Shown here: positions 31,327 to 40,600 of the stretch, in pieces
Numbering within the stretch: the first letter of the stretch is position 1
Layout: each line of letters opens with the position of its first letter
NCBI GenBank assembly: GCA_963787305.1
Contig: CAWBCL010000001.1
Span: 22,724 to 86,723, forward strand
DNA from: an uncultured bacterium
GTDB taxonomy: Bacteria; Actinomycetota; Actinomycetes; Actinomycetales; Microbacteriaceae
DNA length: 64,000 bases
Direction of reading: 5' to 3'
Translations under genes and position numbers: made by a program
Notes under the pieces: model-generated
The model's input: only the letters and a program-made list of their open reading frames with translations
The model's database searches: none
What the model was told of the DNA's origin: nothing

Positions 31327-32120
31327 GACTCTCGCCAGGACCGTATCCGCTCGCGGATCGCGCGCCGCTCGGTCGCGGCCGGATCGGCGCTGAGGTGTTG
31401 CTCGTCCTCGGGCTCTCGCTCGGGGCATCCGCCGCATACTCGGTCGTGTCAATCGTCAACCGGATGACGCGAACCGAGACCCTCGCGAGCCAGACCGCGA
31501 CCCTCAACACGTCGCTCAGCCCCCGCCCCACGTTTGACCTGATCTACCAGCTCATGGGGATCTTCTTCGACCTAGTGCCGGTGGCGCTGTGCGCGTTCCT
31601 GCTGTGGCAAGCGAGCAGACCGCACCTCGCTCGGCTCGGAATCGACGCGCGGCGGCCGTGGCGCGACACGCTGCTCGGCGTCGGCCTGGCTCTCGCGATC
31701 GGGCTGCCGGGGATCGCGGTGTACTTGGGCGGGCGCGCGCTCGGGGTCACCGTCAACGTGGTGCCGACGGCGCTCGATGCCTACTGGTGGACGATCCCGG
31801 TGCTCATCCTGTCGGCGTTGCGGTCGGGTGTCACCGAGGAGGTCATCATGGTCGGCTACGTGTTCGCCCGGCTCTCCGACCTCGGGTGGGGCAAGTGGAC
31901 GATCATCCTCGGCTCCGCCGCGGTGCGCGGCACGTACCACCTCTACCAGGGCTTCGGGTCGTTCGTCGGCAACTTCGCGATGGGGGTGCTGTTCGGTTGG
32001 CTGTACACCCGCACCGGACGCGTATTGCCGTTCGTGATCGCCCACGCCGTGATCGACGCGGCGATCTTCGTGGGCTACCCGTGGGCGGCAGCGACCTTCC
32101 CTGCTCTCTTCTCTGGGTGA
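31323..32120 (+). CDS. CPBP (Abi/CAAX) family intramembrane metalloprotease
   Basis: EEVIMVGY, YHLYQG, AHAVID; ATGA overlap with the upstream gene. Confidence 0.87.
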   Translation: MRLSPGPYPLADRAPLGRGRIGAEVLLVLGLSLGASAAYSVVSIVNRMTRTETLASQTATLNTSLSPRPTFDLIYQLMGIFFDLVPVALCAFLLWQASRPHLARLGIDARRPWRDTLLGVGLALAIGLPGIAVYLGGRALGVTVNVVPTALDAYWWTIPVLILSALRSGVTEEVIMVGYVFARLSDLGWGKWTIILGSAAVRGTYHLYQGFGSFVGNFAMGVLFGWLYTRTGRVLPFVIAHAVIDAAIFVGYPWAAATFPALFSG

Positions 32121-32121
32121 G

Positions 32122-35022
32122 CTAGTCCGCGAAGGCCTCGATCGGCGGGCACGCGCACACGAGGTTGCGATCGCCGTAGGCGTTGTCCACGCGGCGAACC
32201 GGCGGCCAGTACTTCGAGCGGATCAGCGATCGCAGCGGGTACACGGCCTGCTCGCGCGAGTAGGCGTGCGACCACTCCCCCTCGATGACCGACTGGGCGG
32301 TGTGCGGCGCGTGCACCAACGGGTTGTCGTCGGCGGGCCAGACGCCGGATGCCACGGCATCCGCCTCCTCCTTGATCGCGATCATCGCGTCGATGAAGCG
32401 GTCGATCTCGGCGAGGTCCTCGCTCTCGGTCGGCTCGACCATGAGGGTTCCGGCGACCGGGAACGACATCGTCGGCGCGTGGAAACCGTAGTCGATGAGA
32501 CGTTTTGCCACGTCGTTGTTGTCGACTCCGGTCGCCTGGTCGAGGGGTCGCAGGTCGAGAATGCACTCGTGCGCAACCAGCCCGTTGTCGCCCGCGTAGA
32601 GCACGGGGTAGTGGTCGCGCAGTCGCACCGCGATGTAGTTCGCGGCGAGCACCGCGGCACCGGTCGCGGCCTTGAGGCCGTCGGCGCCCATCATGCGCAC
32701 GTAGGCCCAGGAGATGGGCAGGATGCTCGGCGAGCCGTAGGGGGCAGCGGAGATGACCGTCGCTGGTCTCGAAACGCCTTCTGCTACTCGACCGGCGGGG
32801 GTGCGCCCCGCGATCAGGTCGCGCTGAGCCATCGGATGCCCCGGCAGGAACGGCGCGAGGTGCGCCTTGGCCGCGACCGGGCCGACACCGGGGCCGCCAC
32901 CGCCGTGCGGGATGCAGAACGTCTTGTGCAGGTTGAGGTGCGAGACATCCCCACCGAAGTCGCCGAACCGGGCATAGCCGAGCAGCGCGTTGAGGTTGGC
33001 GCCATCCACGTAGACCTGTCCGCCCGCGTCGTGCACGGCCTGACAGATTGCGACGACCTCGTGCTCGTAGACGCCGTGGGTTGACGGGTACGTGATCATG
33101 AGCGCCGCGAGGTTGGCGGCGTGCTGCTCGACCTTCGCCCGCAGGTCGTCGAGGTCGACGTTGCCGAGGTCGTCGCACGCAACGACCACGACGCGCATCC
33201 CCGCCAGCACCGCACTAGCGGCGTTGGTGCCGTGCGCGCTCGACGGGATCAGGCACACCGTGCGATCGAGGTCGCCGCGCGAGCGGTGGTAGCCGCGAAT
33301 CGCCAGCAGCCCGGCGAGCTCGCCCTGACTTCCCGCGTTGGGCTGAAGAGACACCGAGTCGTACCCGGTGACCTCGGCGAGCCAGGTCTGCAGCTGGGAG
33401 ATGAGTTCGAGGTAACCCTCGACGTCTGACTCCGGGGCGAACGGGTGGATGCCTGCAAACTCCGGCCAGGTCACCGCCTCCATCTCGCTCGCGGCGTTGA
33501 GCTTCATCGTGCACGAGCCGAGCGGAATCATGCCGCGGTCGAGCGCGTAGTCCTTGTCGGCGAGGTACTTCAGGTAGCGCATCATCGCGGTCTCGCTGCG
33601 GTGCGTGTTGAACACCGGATGCGTGAGGTACTCGCTCTCGCGATGCAGTGCGTCGGGCCAGGACGAGCCGTCGAGGGCGGCCGTGCTCGCGGCATCCACC
33701 CCGAAAATCGCGTCGAGGTCGGCGTCGAGGGACCCGTCCGCGCTGGTCTCGTCGAAGCTCACGGCGACGGTGTCGGCGTCGACGCGCCACAGGTTGATGT
33801 TGCGGGCCGCTGCCGCAGCAATGATCTCGTCGGCGCGGCCCGGTACGGGTACGCGCACGGTGTCGAAGTAGTCGCCGTGCACGCCGACGCGACGAGCGAA
33901 CTCGCGGGCGCGCAAGTTGACGCGCTGCGCGATGCGCTTGAGGCCGTGGGGGCCGTGATAAACGGCGTACATCGACGCCATGACCGCGAGCAGCACCTGA
34001 GCTGTGCAGATGTTCGATGTGGCCTTCTCGCGGCGAATGTGTTGCTCGCGCGCCTGAAGAGAGAGCCGGTAGGCGGGGTGGCCGGCCGCGTCCTGCGAGA
34101 CGCCGACGAGGCGCCCAGGGAGTTGGCGTTCGAGACCCGCGCGCACGGCCATGTAGCCGGCGTGCGGCCCGCCGAAGCCCATCGGAACCCCGAAGCGCTG
34201 GCTGGTGCCGACCGCAACATCGGCACCGAGGTCGCCGGGCGAGGCGAGCACGGTAAGGGCGAGCAGGTCGGCGGCGACGATCGCGACGCCGCCCTGAGCT
34301 TTGACCGCGTCGATCGTGGCGCGCGGGTCCCAGACGCGGCCGGATGCTCCGGGGTACTGGATGACGGCGCCGAACGACTCTGGGGCTGGTTCCGAAGTGC
34401 CCTGCGGGCCACTCGACCCGGCGAAGTCGACCTCGCTCAGTTCGATGCCCACGGCCTCGGCGCGAGTCGCGAGAAGCGCCTTAGTCTGCGGCAACGCGTC
34501 GGCGTCGACCAGGAACACGTTCGAGCTCGAACCGGATGCCCGGCGAGCCAGCAGCATCGCCTCGACGACGGCCGTGCCCTCGTCGAGCATGCTCGCGTTC
34601 GCCGTCGTCATGCCGGTCAGGTCGCTGACCATGGTCTGGAAGTTGATGAGGGCTTCGAGTCGCCCCTGACTGATCTCCGGCTGATAGGGCGTGTACGCCG
34701 TGTACCAGCTCGGGTTCTCGAGCACGTTGCGCTTGATGACCGCGGGGGTCAGGGTGTCGTAGTAGCCCAGGCCGATCATGGATCGGCGAACCCGGTTCTT
34801 GTTCGCGAGGGTCCGCAGCTCGGCGAGCGCGTCGCGCTCCGAGGCAGCGGCCGGGATGCTCGATGCCGATAGCGGCGCCACGTGAATGGAGGCCGGAACG
34901 GCGGCCTCGACGAGCGCCTCAACGGAGGGGTAGCCGACGGCCGCGAGCATGGTGGCTTGAGCCGCGGCATCCGTACCGATGTGACGGTCTTGGAACAGGT
35001 CGGCTGAATCGATGTGCGGCAC
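32122..35022 (-). CDS. gcvP: Glycine dehydrogenase (decarboxylating), P protein
   Basis: [55 protein letters not shown]. Confidence 0.97.
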   Translation of the reverse strand: MPHIDSADLFQDRHIGTDAAAQATMLAAVGYPSVEALVEAAVPASIHVAPLSASSIPAAASERDALAELRTLANKNRVRRSMIGLGYYDTLTPAVIKRNVLENPSWYTAYTPYQPEISQGRLEALINFQTMVSDLTGMTTANASMLDEGTAVVEAMLLARRASGSSSNVFLVDADALPQTKALLATRAEAVGIELSEVDFAGSSGPQGTSEPAPESFGAVIQYPGASGRVWDPRATIDAVKAQGGVAIVAADLLALTVLASPGDLGADVAVGTSQRFGVPMGFGGPHAGYMAVRAGLERQLPGRLVGVSQDAAGHPAYRLSLQAREQHIRREKATSNICTAQVLLAVMASMYAVYHGPHGLKRIAQRVNLRAREFARRVGVHGDYFDTVRVPVPGRADEIIAAAAARNINLWRVDADTVAVSFDETSADGSLDADLDAIFGVDAASTAALDGSSWPDALHRESEYLTHPVFNTHRSETAMMRYLKYLADKDYALDRGMIPLGSCTMKLNAASEMEAVTWPEFAGIHPFAPESDVEGYLELISQLQTWLAEVTGYDSVSLQPNAGSQGELAGLLAIRGYHRSRGDLDRTVCLIPSSAHGTNAASAVLAGMRVVVVACDDLGNVDLDDLRAKVEQHAANLAALMITYPSTHGVYEHEVVAICQAVHDAGGQVYVDGANLNALLGYARFGDFGGDVSHLNLHKTFCIPHGGGGPGVGPVAAKAHLAPFLPGHPMAQRDLIAGRTPAGRVAEGVSRPATVISAAPYGSPSILPISWAYVRMMGADGLKAATGAAVLAANYIAVRLRDHYPVLYAGDNGLVAHECILDLRPLDQATGVDNNDVAKRLIDYGFHAPTMSFPVAGTLMVEPTESEDLAEIDRFIDAMIAIKEEADAVASGVWPADDNPLVHAPHTAQSVIEGEWSHAYSREQAVYPLRSLIRSKYWPPVRRVDNAYGDRNLVCACPPIEAFAD
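32765..32798 (+). repeat. REP-like element copy A, in-frame inside gcvP
   Basis: GGTCTCGAAACGCCTTCTGCTACTCGACCGGCGG; similar to copies at 34388 and 61083. Confidence 0.5.
34388..34423 (+). repeat. REP-like element copy B, in-frame inside gcvP
   Basis: GGTTCCGAAGTGCCCTGCGGGCCACTCGACCCGGCG with an internal GCCC-TGC-GGGC hairpin. Confidence 0.45.
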
Positions 35023-35394
35023 TACTCTCCTGTCAGGGCTGAGTACTCGTCGAAGGAGAGCAGCGCGGGGAGCGTCTCAAACTCGACCTTGATGAGCCAG
35101 CCGGCTCCGAACGGGTCGCCGTTGACGAGCTCGGGGCTCGCCACGACGGCGTCATTGGCCTCGACGACGGTTCCGTTGACCGGAGCGAAGAGCTCACCGA
35201 CCGACTTGGTCGACTCGATCTCGCCGACGACTTTGCCCTCGGCAACGGTCGAGCCCGACCTTCGGCAGGTCGACGAAGACGATGTCCCCGAGCTTCTCGG
35301 CCGCGTAGGCCGTGATGCCCACGGTCGCGATCGAACCGTCGACGAGCAGCCACTCGTGCTCGCTCGTGTACTTGAGTGCCTGTACGTCAGTCAT
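35022..35394 (-). CDS. gcvH: Glycine cleavage H protein (+1 frameshift near 35255, probably a sequencing error)
   Basis: [25 protein letters not shown] in one frame; [16 protein letters not shown]...DPFGAGWL in the next frame. Confidence 0.9.
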
Positions 35395-36520
35395 GGTTGA
35401 CCTCTTTCTTGTAGAAGGGCAGTGCTACAACGGATGCCGCGACGCGGCTCCCCCGAACGTCAATGTCGAGCGTGTAGCCCTCCGCGGAGCTCGCCACGTC
35501 CACATACGCCATGGCGATGGGATACCCCAGCGTCGGCGACAGCGCCCCGCTCGTGATCACGCCGACAACGTCATCGCCGTCGAAGATCTCGTAACCGGCG
35601 CGACCGGCGCGCTTGCCTTCGCTGCGCAGGCCGACCAGCACGCGTGCGTCGGCTTCCGGTCCGGCTTCGACCGCGGCGCGACCGACGAAGTCGCCCTCCT
35701 TGTTCAGTGCGACGACGCGGCCGAGGCCCGCCTGCACCGGGAACGTGTCGAGGCCGAGCTCGTGACCGTAGAGAGGCATACCCGCCTCGAGCCGGAGGGT
35801 GTCGCGGCTGGCGAGGCCGGCCGGAACGAGGCCGAAGCCGGCGCCGGCAGCGGTGAGTGCACGCCAGAGGTCGGCCGCGGCATCCGCTGCAATGTACAGT
35901 TCGAATCCGTCTTCGCCGGTGTAGCCGGTGCGCCCCACGATGACCGACACGTCACCGAAGCGAGCATCGGTGCTTCGGTAGTACTTGAGCTCGTCGAGCG
36001 GGGTGCCGAAGTGGTTGAGACCAGCGGTCGCCTCGAGGATGCCGCGCGAGCGCGGGCCCTGCACTGCGATGAGCGAGATCTCGTCGCTGCGGTCTTCGAC
36101 GTTCACGTCAAACCCGGCCGCACGCTCGGTGAGCGCGGCAACGACCGGGAATCGGTTGCCCGCGTTCGCGACGACGAGGTATTCATCGTCTGCGCGGCGG
36201 TACGCCACCAGGTCGTCGATGATGCCGCCGGTCTCGGCGAGGAGCAGGCTGTACTTGGCCTGGCCAATACCGACCGCCGAGAGCTTGCCCGCGAGCGCGA
36301 AGTCGAGGTACGCCGCGGCATCTGCACCCGACACAACGATCTCCGCCATGTGCGAGATATCGAAGATGCCGGCCGCCGTGCGCACGGCGTGATGCTCGGC
36401 CAGGTCGGAGCTGTAGCGCACCGGCATCTGCCAGCCCGCGAAGTCGGTGAAGCTGGCACCAGCGTCGACGTGCAACTGGTGGAGCGGGCTCTGTCTGTCG
36501 ACGGAGTCGGAATCGGTCAC
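35387..36520 (-). CDS. gcvT: Glycine cleavage aminomethyltransferase T
   Basis: [41 protein letters not shown]; GTG start at 36520 after GGAG. Confidence 0.96.
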   Translation of the reverse strand: MTDSDSVDRQSPLHQLHVDAGASFTDFAGWQMPVRYSSDLAEHHAVRTAAGIFDISHMAEIVVSGADAAAYLDFALAGKLSAVGIGQAKYSLLLAETGGIIDDLVAYRRADDEYLVVANAGNRFPVVAALTERAAGFDVNVEDRSDEISLIAVQGPRSRGILEATAGLNHFGTPLDELKYYRSTDARFGDVSVIVGRTGYTGEDGFELYIAADAAADLWRALTAAGAGFGLVPAGLASRDTLRLEAGMPLYGHELGLDTFPVQAGLGRVVALNKEGDFVGRAAVEAGPEADARVLVGLRSEGKRAGRAGYEIFDGDDVVGVITSGALSPTLGYPIAMAYVDVASSAEGYTLDIDVRGSRVAASVVALPFYKKEVNHD

Positions 36521-36553
36521 GGAGTTCTCCTGAATGCACGGCTGCGGGTAGAA

Positions 36554-36752
36554 CTCCCCCTCTGTATGGGGCCTGAGAGCTTCGCGCTTTGTGGCGCTTT
36601 CACCGTCGGCGGCTCCGGAGCCTGTCGGCTCCAGCGCGCTTTCCAGAGTGGCCAGTTCGATGCGGTACGTGTACCTGAGAGATTGGCGGGGAGGCTTGCT
36701 CCTTCGGTGCTCGTCCATGAGGTCGAGCTCTCCCGCATCGTGTTGCGGCCCA
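36554..36752 (-). ncRNA. Tandem glycine riboswitch
   Basis: Minus strand: GATGCGGGAGAG...CACCGAAGGAGCAA...AATCTCTCAGG...CCGCATC, then CTCTGGAAAG...CGCCGACGGTGAAA...AAGCTCTCAGG...ACAGAG, directly upstream of gcvT. Confidence 0.93.
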
Positions 36753-36835
36753 ATATTCACTTGTTTCGGTCAGCCTAGCAACAACTCGCTGTCCGTCAGG
36801 ATGATCGGTCAGGTGCAGTCCGGTAGGGTTTCGGG

Positions 36836-37214
36836 GTGGCTAGGAGACGGGGACGGCATGCTGAGCCTCGCGCCACCTCCCGCCGCTGGGTGATTGTGGG
36901 CGGCGCGGCGGCCGTGCTGCTGCTCGGCGGCATCCTCTTTTCGATTCCTTCGACCTTCGCCAGCGCTGGCCAGGCCTCGATACCGACGCCCACCGCCACG
37001 GCCCAGTACGACAGAGCGATCGCGTCCGGCCCGGACAAAGTCGTCGCGCCCGCCCCCGGAGCCGGTCTACAACACGGTGGAGTCTCCGCTGTCGATGGAC
37101 GACCCGTACCCGGATTTCGTTCCCGACCAGTGCCCTGACGGCACGACTGCGGGTTCGGTCGACGCGAACGGCAACCAGAGCAACTGCCAGCCCGTGGCGA
37201 CCCCGGCGCCCTGA
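36836..37214 (+). CDS. Small membrane-anchored/secreted protein with C-terminal Cys pair (+1 frameshift in the C-run near 37055)
   Basis: MARRRGRHA-TM-Pro/Thr linker joins EPVYN...QCPDGTTAGSVDANGNQSNCQP*; homolog at 39247. Confidence 0.7.
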
Positions 37215-37242
37215 GGCCGACTGGCGGAGTCACGGCCCGGGC

Positions 37243-37692
37243 CTAGGCGCCGAGGCTGAGACGAACGATCGGGATGACCGGATCGTCAGTTCCCGCGAGC
37301 TCCGCCATCAGGGCGTGGAGCTGACGCCACGCGCGAGGGTGATCCCGGGCGTATCGGCGAGCACAGTCGCGGCCGACGCGTCGTCGAGCACCTCGGCGAC
37401 GGTCGGCACTCTGTGCGCCGCGCCGACACTCACGAAACAGTGCGGATTCGCCTGGAGGTTCAGCAGCCACTGGGTCTTTGACCCCAAAGCCGGACGCGAC
37501 GATATACCTCGGTTGCGCTCGGTCGGGAGGTCGTCTCCAGTACGACGTACCGCGCCTGCCCCGAGGTGCGACCGGTGTGTTCGAGCAGCAGCAGCCGGCC
37601 CCCGAACAGAAACCCCAGCCCCGCACGGAACAGCCCGATCGGCGCGCGCACCAGCCATCGGGTGCGGAGTCAGACGCGCGGCGAGGGCTCAT
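37243..37692 (-). pseudogene. Deazaflavin (F420)-dependent nitroreductase family protein (DUF385), multiply frameshifted
   Basis: Fragments in different frames: RAPIGLFRAGLG..LLLEHTGRTSG.ARYVVLE / YIVASGFG / QWLLNLQANP / RYARDHPRAW. Confidence 0.7.
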
Positions 37693-37729
37693 CCCTCCAG
37701 CATGGCACGCAACGTTTTGCGGCGTGCGA

Positions 37730-38428
37730 CTACTTCGTTGCGACACCGAACGCGACGTACCGCCACGATCGCGGAAGCCGGTTGAACACGGCCTCGTCGG
37801 CCGCCGCCAGCGCCGTGCGCTGCGACTCGGTCAGCCCGAACATCGCGAGAACGCCGGTGTGGTGCATCCGCACGCGTCGAGAATCCGTCCAAGTGGGTCG
37901 GCCAACTGCGCGTTCGTCGGGTAGCTCCACGGACCGTTGCGGCGTCGACGGGCAAGGCTGCGCGCGATGCGGTGAAACACCGTCGCTCGGGTGTTCTCCG
38001 CGAACAGCAGGATGCCGCCCGGCTTGAGCGCCGAGTGGATCTGTTCGATCGCCACCCGCTGGCTCTCCAGACCCGACCGGTTGCACCCCGCCGAGCACGC
38101 TGCGAAAGACGATGACATCGAAGTGGGACTCCCACGGGATGTCGGTCATGTCCACGTCGCGGTAGTCAATGGTGGTGACCTCGGGAAAGCGCGAGTGCAG
38201 TGGCTCGGCGAGACCGCGGGTGTTGCTGTAGTTCGAGCAGGTAACCCGGTGGCCCTGCGCCGCCAGCCACAGCGACGGTCCGCCCGGGCCCGCACCGACC
38301 TCGAGGCAGGTGAGCACCCGGCCCTGCTGGCCCACGCCTCCTGCCACAGGCGAGGGCCGGCGCCCACGTGCGCACGTCCCAACGCAGAATGTCGGTGCTC
38401 GTAGGTCTGACGCCGGCGGCAGGCTCAT
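37730..38428 (-). pseudogene. Class I SAM-dependent methyltransferase, multiply frameshifted
   Basis: LEVGAGPGG and FDVIVFRSVLGG in one frame; IHSALKPGGILLFAEN in another; WDVRTW in a third. Confidence 0.7.
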
Positions 38429-38462
38429 GCCACGACCCTAGCGTGGGCGAAGTGCCGACCGG

Positions 38463-38513
38463 TCAGTTGTTGAAGCGGAACTCCACCGGGTTACGTCACC
38501 GATAGGCATCACG
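38463..38513 (-). repeat. Degenerate copy 3 of the ychF 3' end
   Basis: TCAGTTGTTGAAGCGGAACTCCACC[GGGTT]ACGTCACCG(ATAG)GCATCACG aligns to 40601-40646; encodes VEFRFNN-TGA. Confidence 0.85.
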
Positions 38514-38657
38514 GCGCATCCTCTCAGCCGCCGTCAACCCGCGGCGGTCATAGACGCGGATAAGCGCCACCGAGCCCGACTCCGTAGGGCGTTTGTGCGA
38601 TCGCCCGGTTGGAACGCTCCGCTCGATTCCTGTTCTCCGACACTTCCCCGCGGGCGA

Positions 38658-39050
38658 TCACAGCCCGACGGACTCGTCGAACTCGCGGCGCAGGTACTTC
38701 GGCGCCTGCACCCGCCATGCCTCCGTCACGAGCTCGGCGAAGTGCCCGGGATCTATCGCCGCCATGCGGAACGCGATCTTGGGCTCGCCCCAGCGGGTCG
38801 TCGCCGGAAGGAAGACGCCCGGCTCCATCTCCCGGAGGGCGAGCGCGTCATCCGGATCGGCGATCTTCACGCCGACCACGAGCTCCGATGCCACGATCGT
38901 ACGGACGTGATCAGGGATGCTCGGCCACGGGTGGCACTCCCACGCGTACGGCTTGCTGCGCACGAACCACGCCGCACCGCCCGTCGTCGCACGCTCCTCA
39001 CTGCCGGGGAGCCGCACGGCCAGGGCACGCAGAGCGTCGAGGGTGGCCAT
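38658..39050 (-). CDS. MmcQ/YjbR-family DNA-binding protein
   Basis: MATLDALRALAVRLPG.EE...WFVRSK...ELVTEAWRVQAPK pattern; ATG 39050. Confidence 0.78.
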   Translation of the reverse strand: MATLDALRALAVRLPGSEERATTGGAAWFVRSKPYAWECHPWPSIPDHVRTIVASELVVGVKIADPDDALALREMEPGVFLPATTRWGEPKIAFRMAAIDPGHFAELVTEAWRVQAPKYLRREFDESVGL

Positions 39051-39056
39051 GCATCG

Positions 39057-39079
39057 AGGGTACGCAGCACCCCCGACAC
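39057..39079 (-). promoter_or_regulatory. RecA-NDp/PafBC-type DNA-damage promoter (leaderless)
   Basis: gTGTCGggg-8 nt-TACCCT, then 6 nt to ATG; fits the mycobacterial tTGTCRgtg-N8-TAnnnT motif. Confidence 0.65.
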
Positions 39080-39159
39080 CGGTCGTCCGACCGCCGCTCA
39101 GATGGGCGCACGGAGACGATCGTCGACGTGTCCGGTTGAATCCGGCCCGCCCCCGGTTC

Positions 39160-39247
39160 CTAGTTGTTGAAGCGGAACTCGACGACGTCACCGTCTTGCA
39201 TCACGTACTCCTTGCCCTCGATGCGGGCCTTGCCCTTCGCGCGGGCC
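39160..39247 (-). repeat. Copy 2 of the ychF 3' end (88 bp)
   Basis: 85/88 identical to 40601-40688; all three differences are synonymous (GTG/GTC, GGC/GGT, GCG/GCC). Confidence 0.97.
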
Positions 39248-39609
39248 GAGGCAAGCACGCGGCTCCCCGTCCCCGCTCTCGCATCTGGATTCCGATCGCC
39301 GGAACCCTTGTTGTGCTCGGCGTCGTCGCCGGCATCACGTTTGCGGTGCCCTCCCCGTTCGCGAGCGCTGGCTCGGTTCCGAGCGCGTCGTCGACCGCCG
39401 CCTCAGTCGAGAAGGACTGGGCGGCCGGGCCGGCCAAGGTGTACGTGGCCCAAGCGACCACGACCGAAACAGTGGCTACTCCCGCAGACGGATCCGGATG
39501 TGGGTTTGTCTCTCCGCTGTGCCCCGACGGCTCGGTACGCGGGGAGGTCGACGCGAACGGCGTAGTCAACGCGTGCGAAGGACCTGCCGCGGGTCATCCA
39601 GGCGGGTAG
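39247..39609 (+). pseudogene. 5'-truncated homolog of the 36836 secreted protein
   Basis: [19 protein letters not shown]...AGPAKV...CPDGSVRGEVDANGVVNAC; start codon replaced by ychF copy 2. Confidence 0.75.
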
Positions 39610-39687
39610 CGAATGCTTCACAGGTGAACTGTTCACTGTCGACCCATCACCCTTGATTCGGCGGATCGATGCCTGTTGACTGGCACC

Positions 39688-40575
39688 GTGAGCGTGCACT
39701 TGGACATCCCCCCCGTCGAAGACCTTGATCGAGTTGTCGCTGCGCTGATGAGTTGGCAGGTCGACAACGCCGCCCTTCAATTGCACCCTGGCGACGTGGG
39801 CTGGTTCTCGACCGCGGGGTCAGCCGCCACCGCTGCCGCCCTGCGGGTGTGGTCACGCAGTGGCGAAATTCTCGCAATCGGACTCCTCGACGGCGATCAA
39901 CTCCTCCGAATGGCATTTGACCGAAGCCGTCGCGACGACCCTGAGTTGTCCAGCCAGATCGCCGACGATCTCGACGATCCACGTCGCGGCGTGTTGAATG
40001 CGGGCAATGCGACGGTCGAAGCGAGAGGCGCGCTGCACTTGAAGCGTATGCTATCTGAGCGTGGATGGCGGCCCGACGAGCCTTGGACGCCTCTCCACCT
40101 AGACCTGGCATCCCCAGTTCGCGACGCCGGCCTACGCATCGAGACGGTGGAGCTCGACGGCGCCGATGACTGGGTGCGCGTCCACTGGTCCGCATTTCGC
40201 GACACGCCCTTCACTCAGCAGGATCACGACCGTACCGCTGGCGGGTGGCTCACAATGGCGAGCGGGCCGCTATCCGGCGCGTGTCGCAGCTTGGTCGCCT
40301 ACGACGCGGACAACAACCCCGTGGCCGTAGCCACTGTCTGGTCGGCCGGGCCGGGCCGACCAGGTCTCCTCGAACCCATAGGCGTTCACCGGGACTTCCG
40401 CGGGAAGGGTCATGGCACAGCCATCACCCTCGCCGCCGCGCAGATGTTGCGCAGAATGAAGGCATCGAGCGCGATCGTGTGCGCCGCGAGTTCCAATGTG
40501 GGTGCCGTGTCCGCTTACGTTGCAGCAGGATTCGCCGCTCAGTCCGAGGAGTTTGACCTGACGCGCGGCGACTGA
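39688..40575 (+). CDS. GNAT-family N-acetyltransferase
   Basis: QLHPGDVGW, GLLEPIGVHRDFRGKGHG (motif A), NVGAVSAYVAAGF; start GTG 39688 or TTG 39676. Confidence 0.87.
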   Translation: MSVHLDIPPVEDLDRVVAALMSWQVDNAALQLHPGDVGWFSTAGSAATAAALRVWSRSGEILAIGLLDGDQLLRMAFDRSRRDDPELSSQIADDLDDPRRGVLNAGNATVEARGALHLKRMLSERGWRPDEPWTPLHLDLASPVRDAGLRIETVELDGADDWVRVHWSAFRDTPFTQQDHDRTAGGWLTMASGPLSGACRSLVAYDADNNPVAVATVWSAGPGRPGLLEPIGVHRDFRGKGHGTAITLAAAQMLRRMKASSAIVCAASSNVGAVSAYVAAGFAAQSEEFDLTRGD

Positions 40576-40600
40576 CCTACGGCATCGTTCTCCGCCGAAC

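Noticed and set aside
38917-39609. 230-aa ORF as an intact gene
   Set aside because: Its first part is antisense to mmcQ and to the ychF copy; only 39247 onward is homologous to the 36836 protein.
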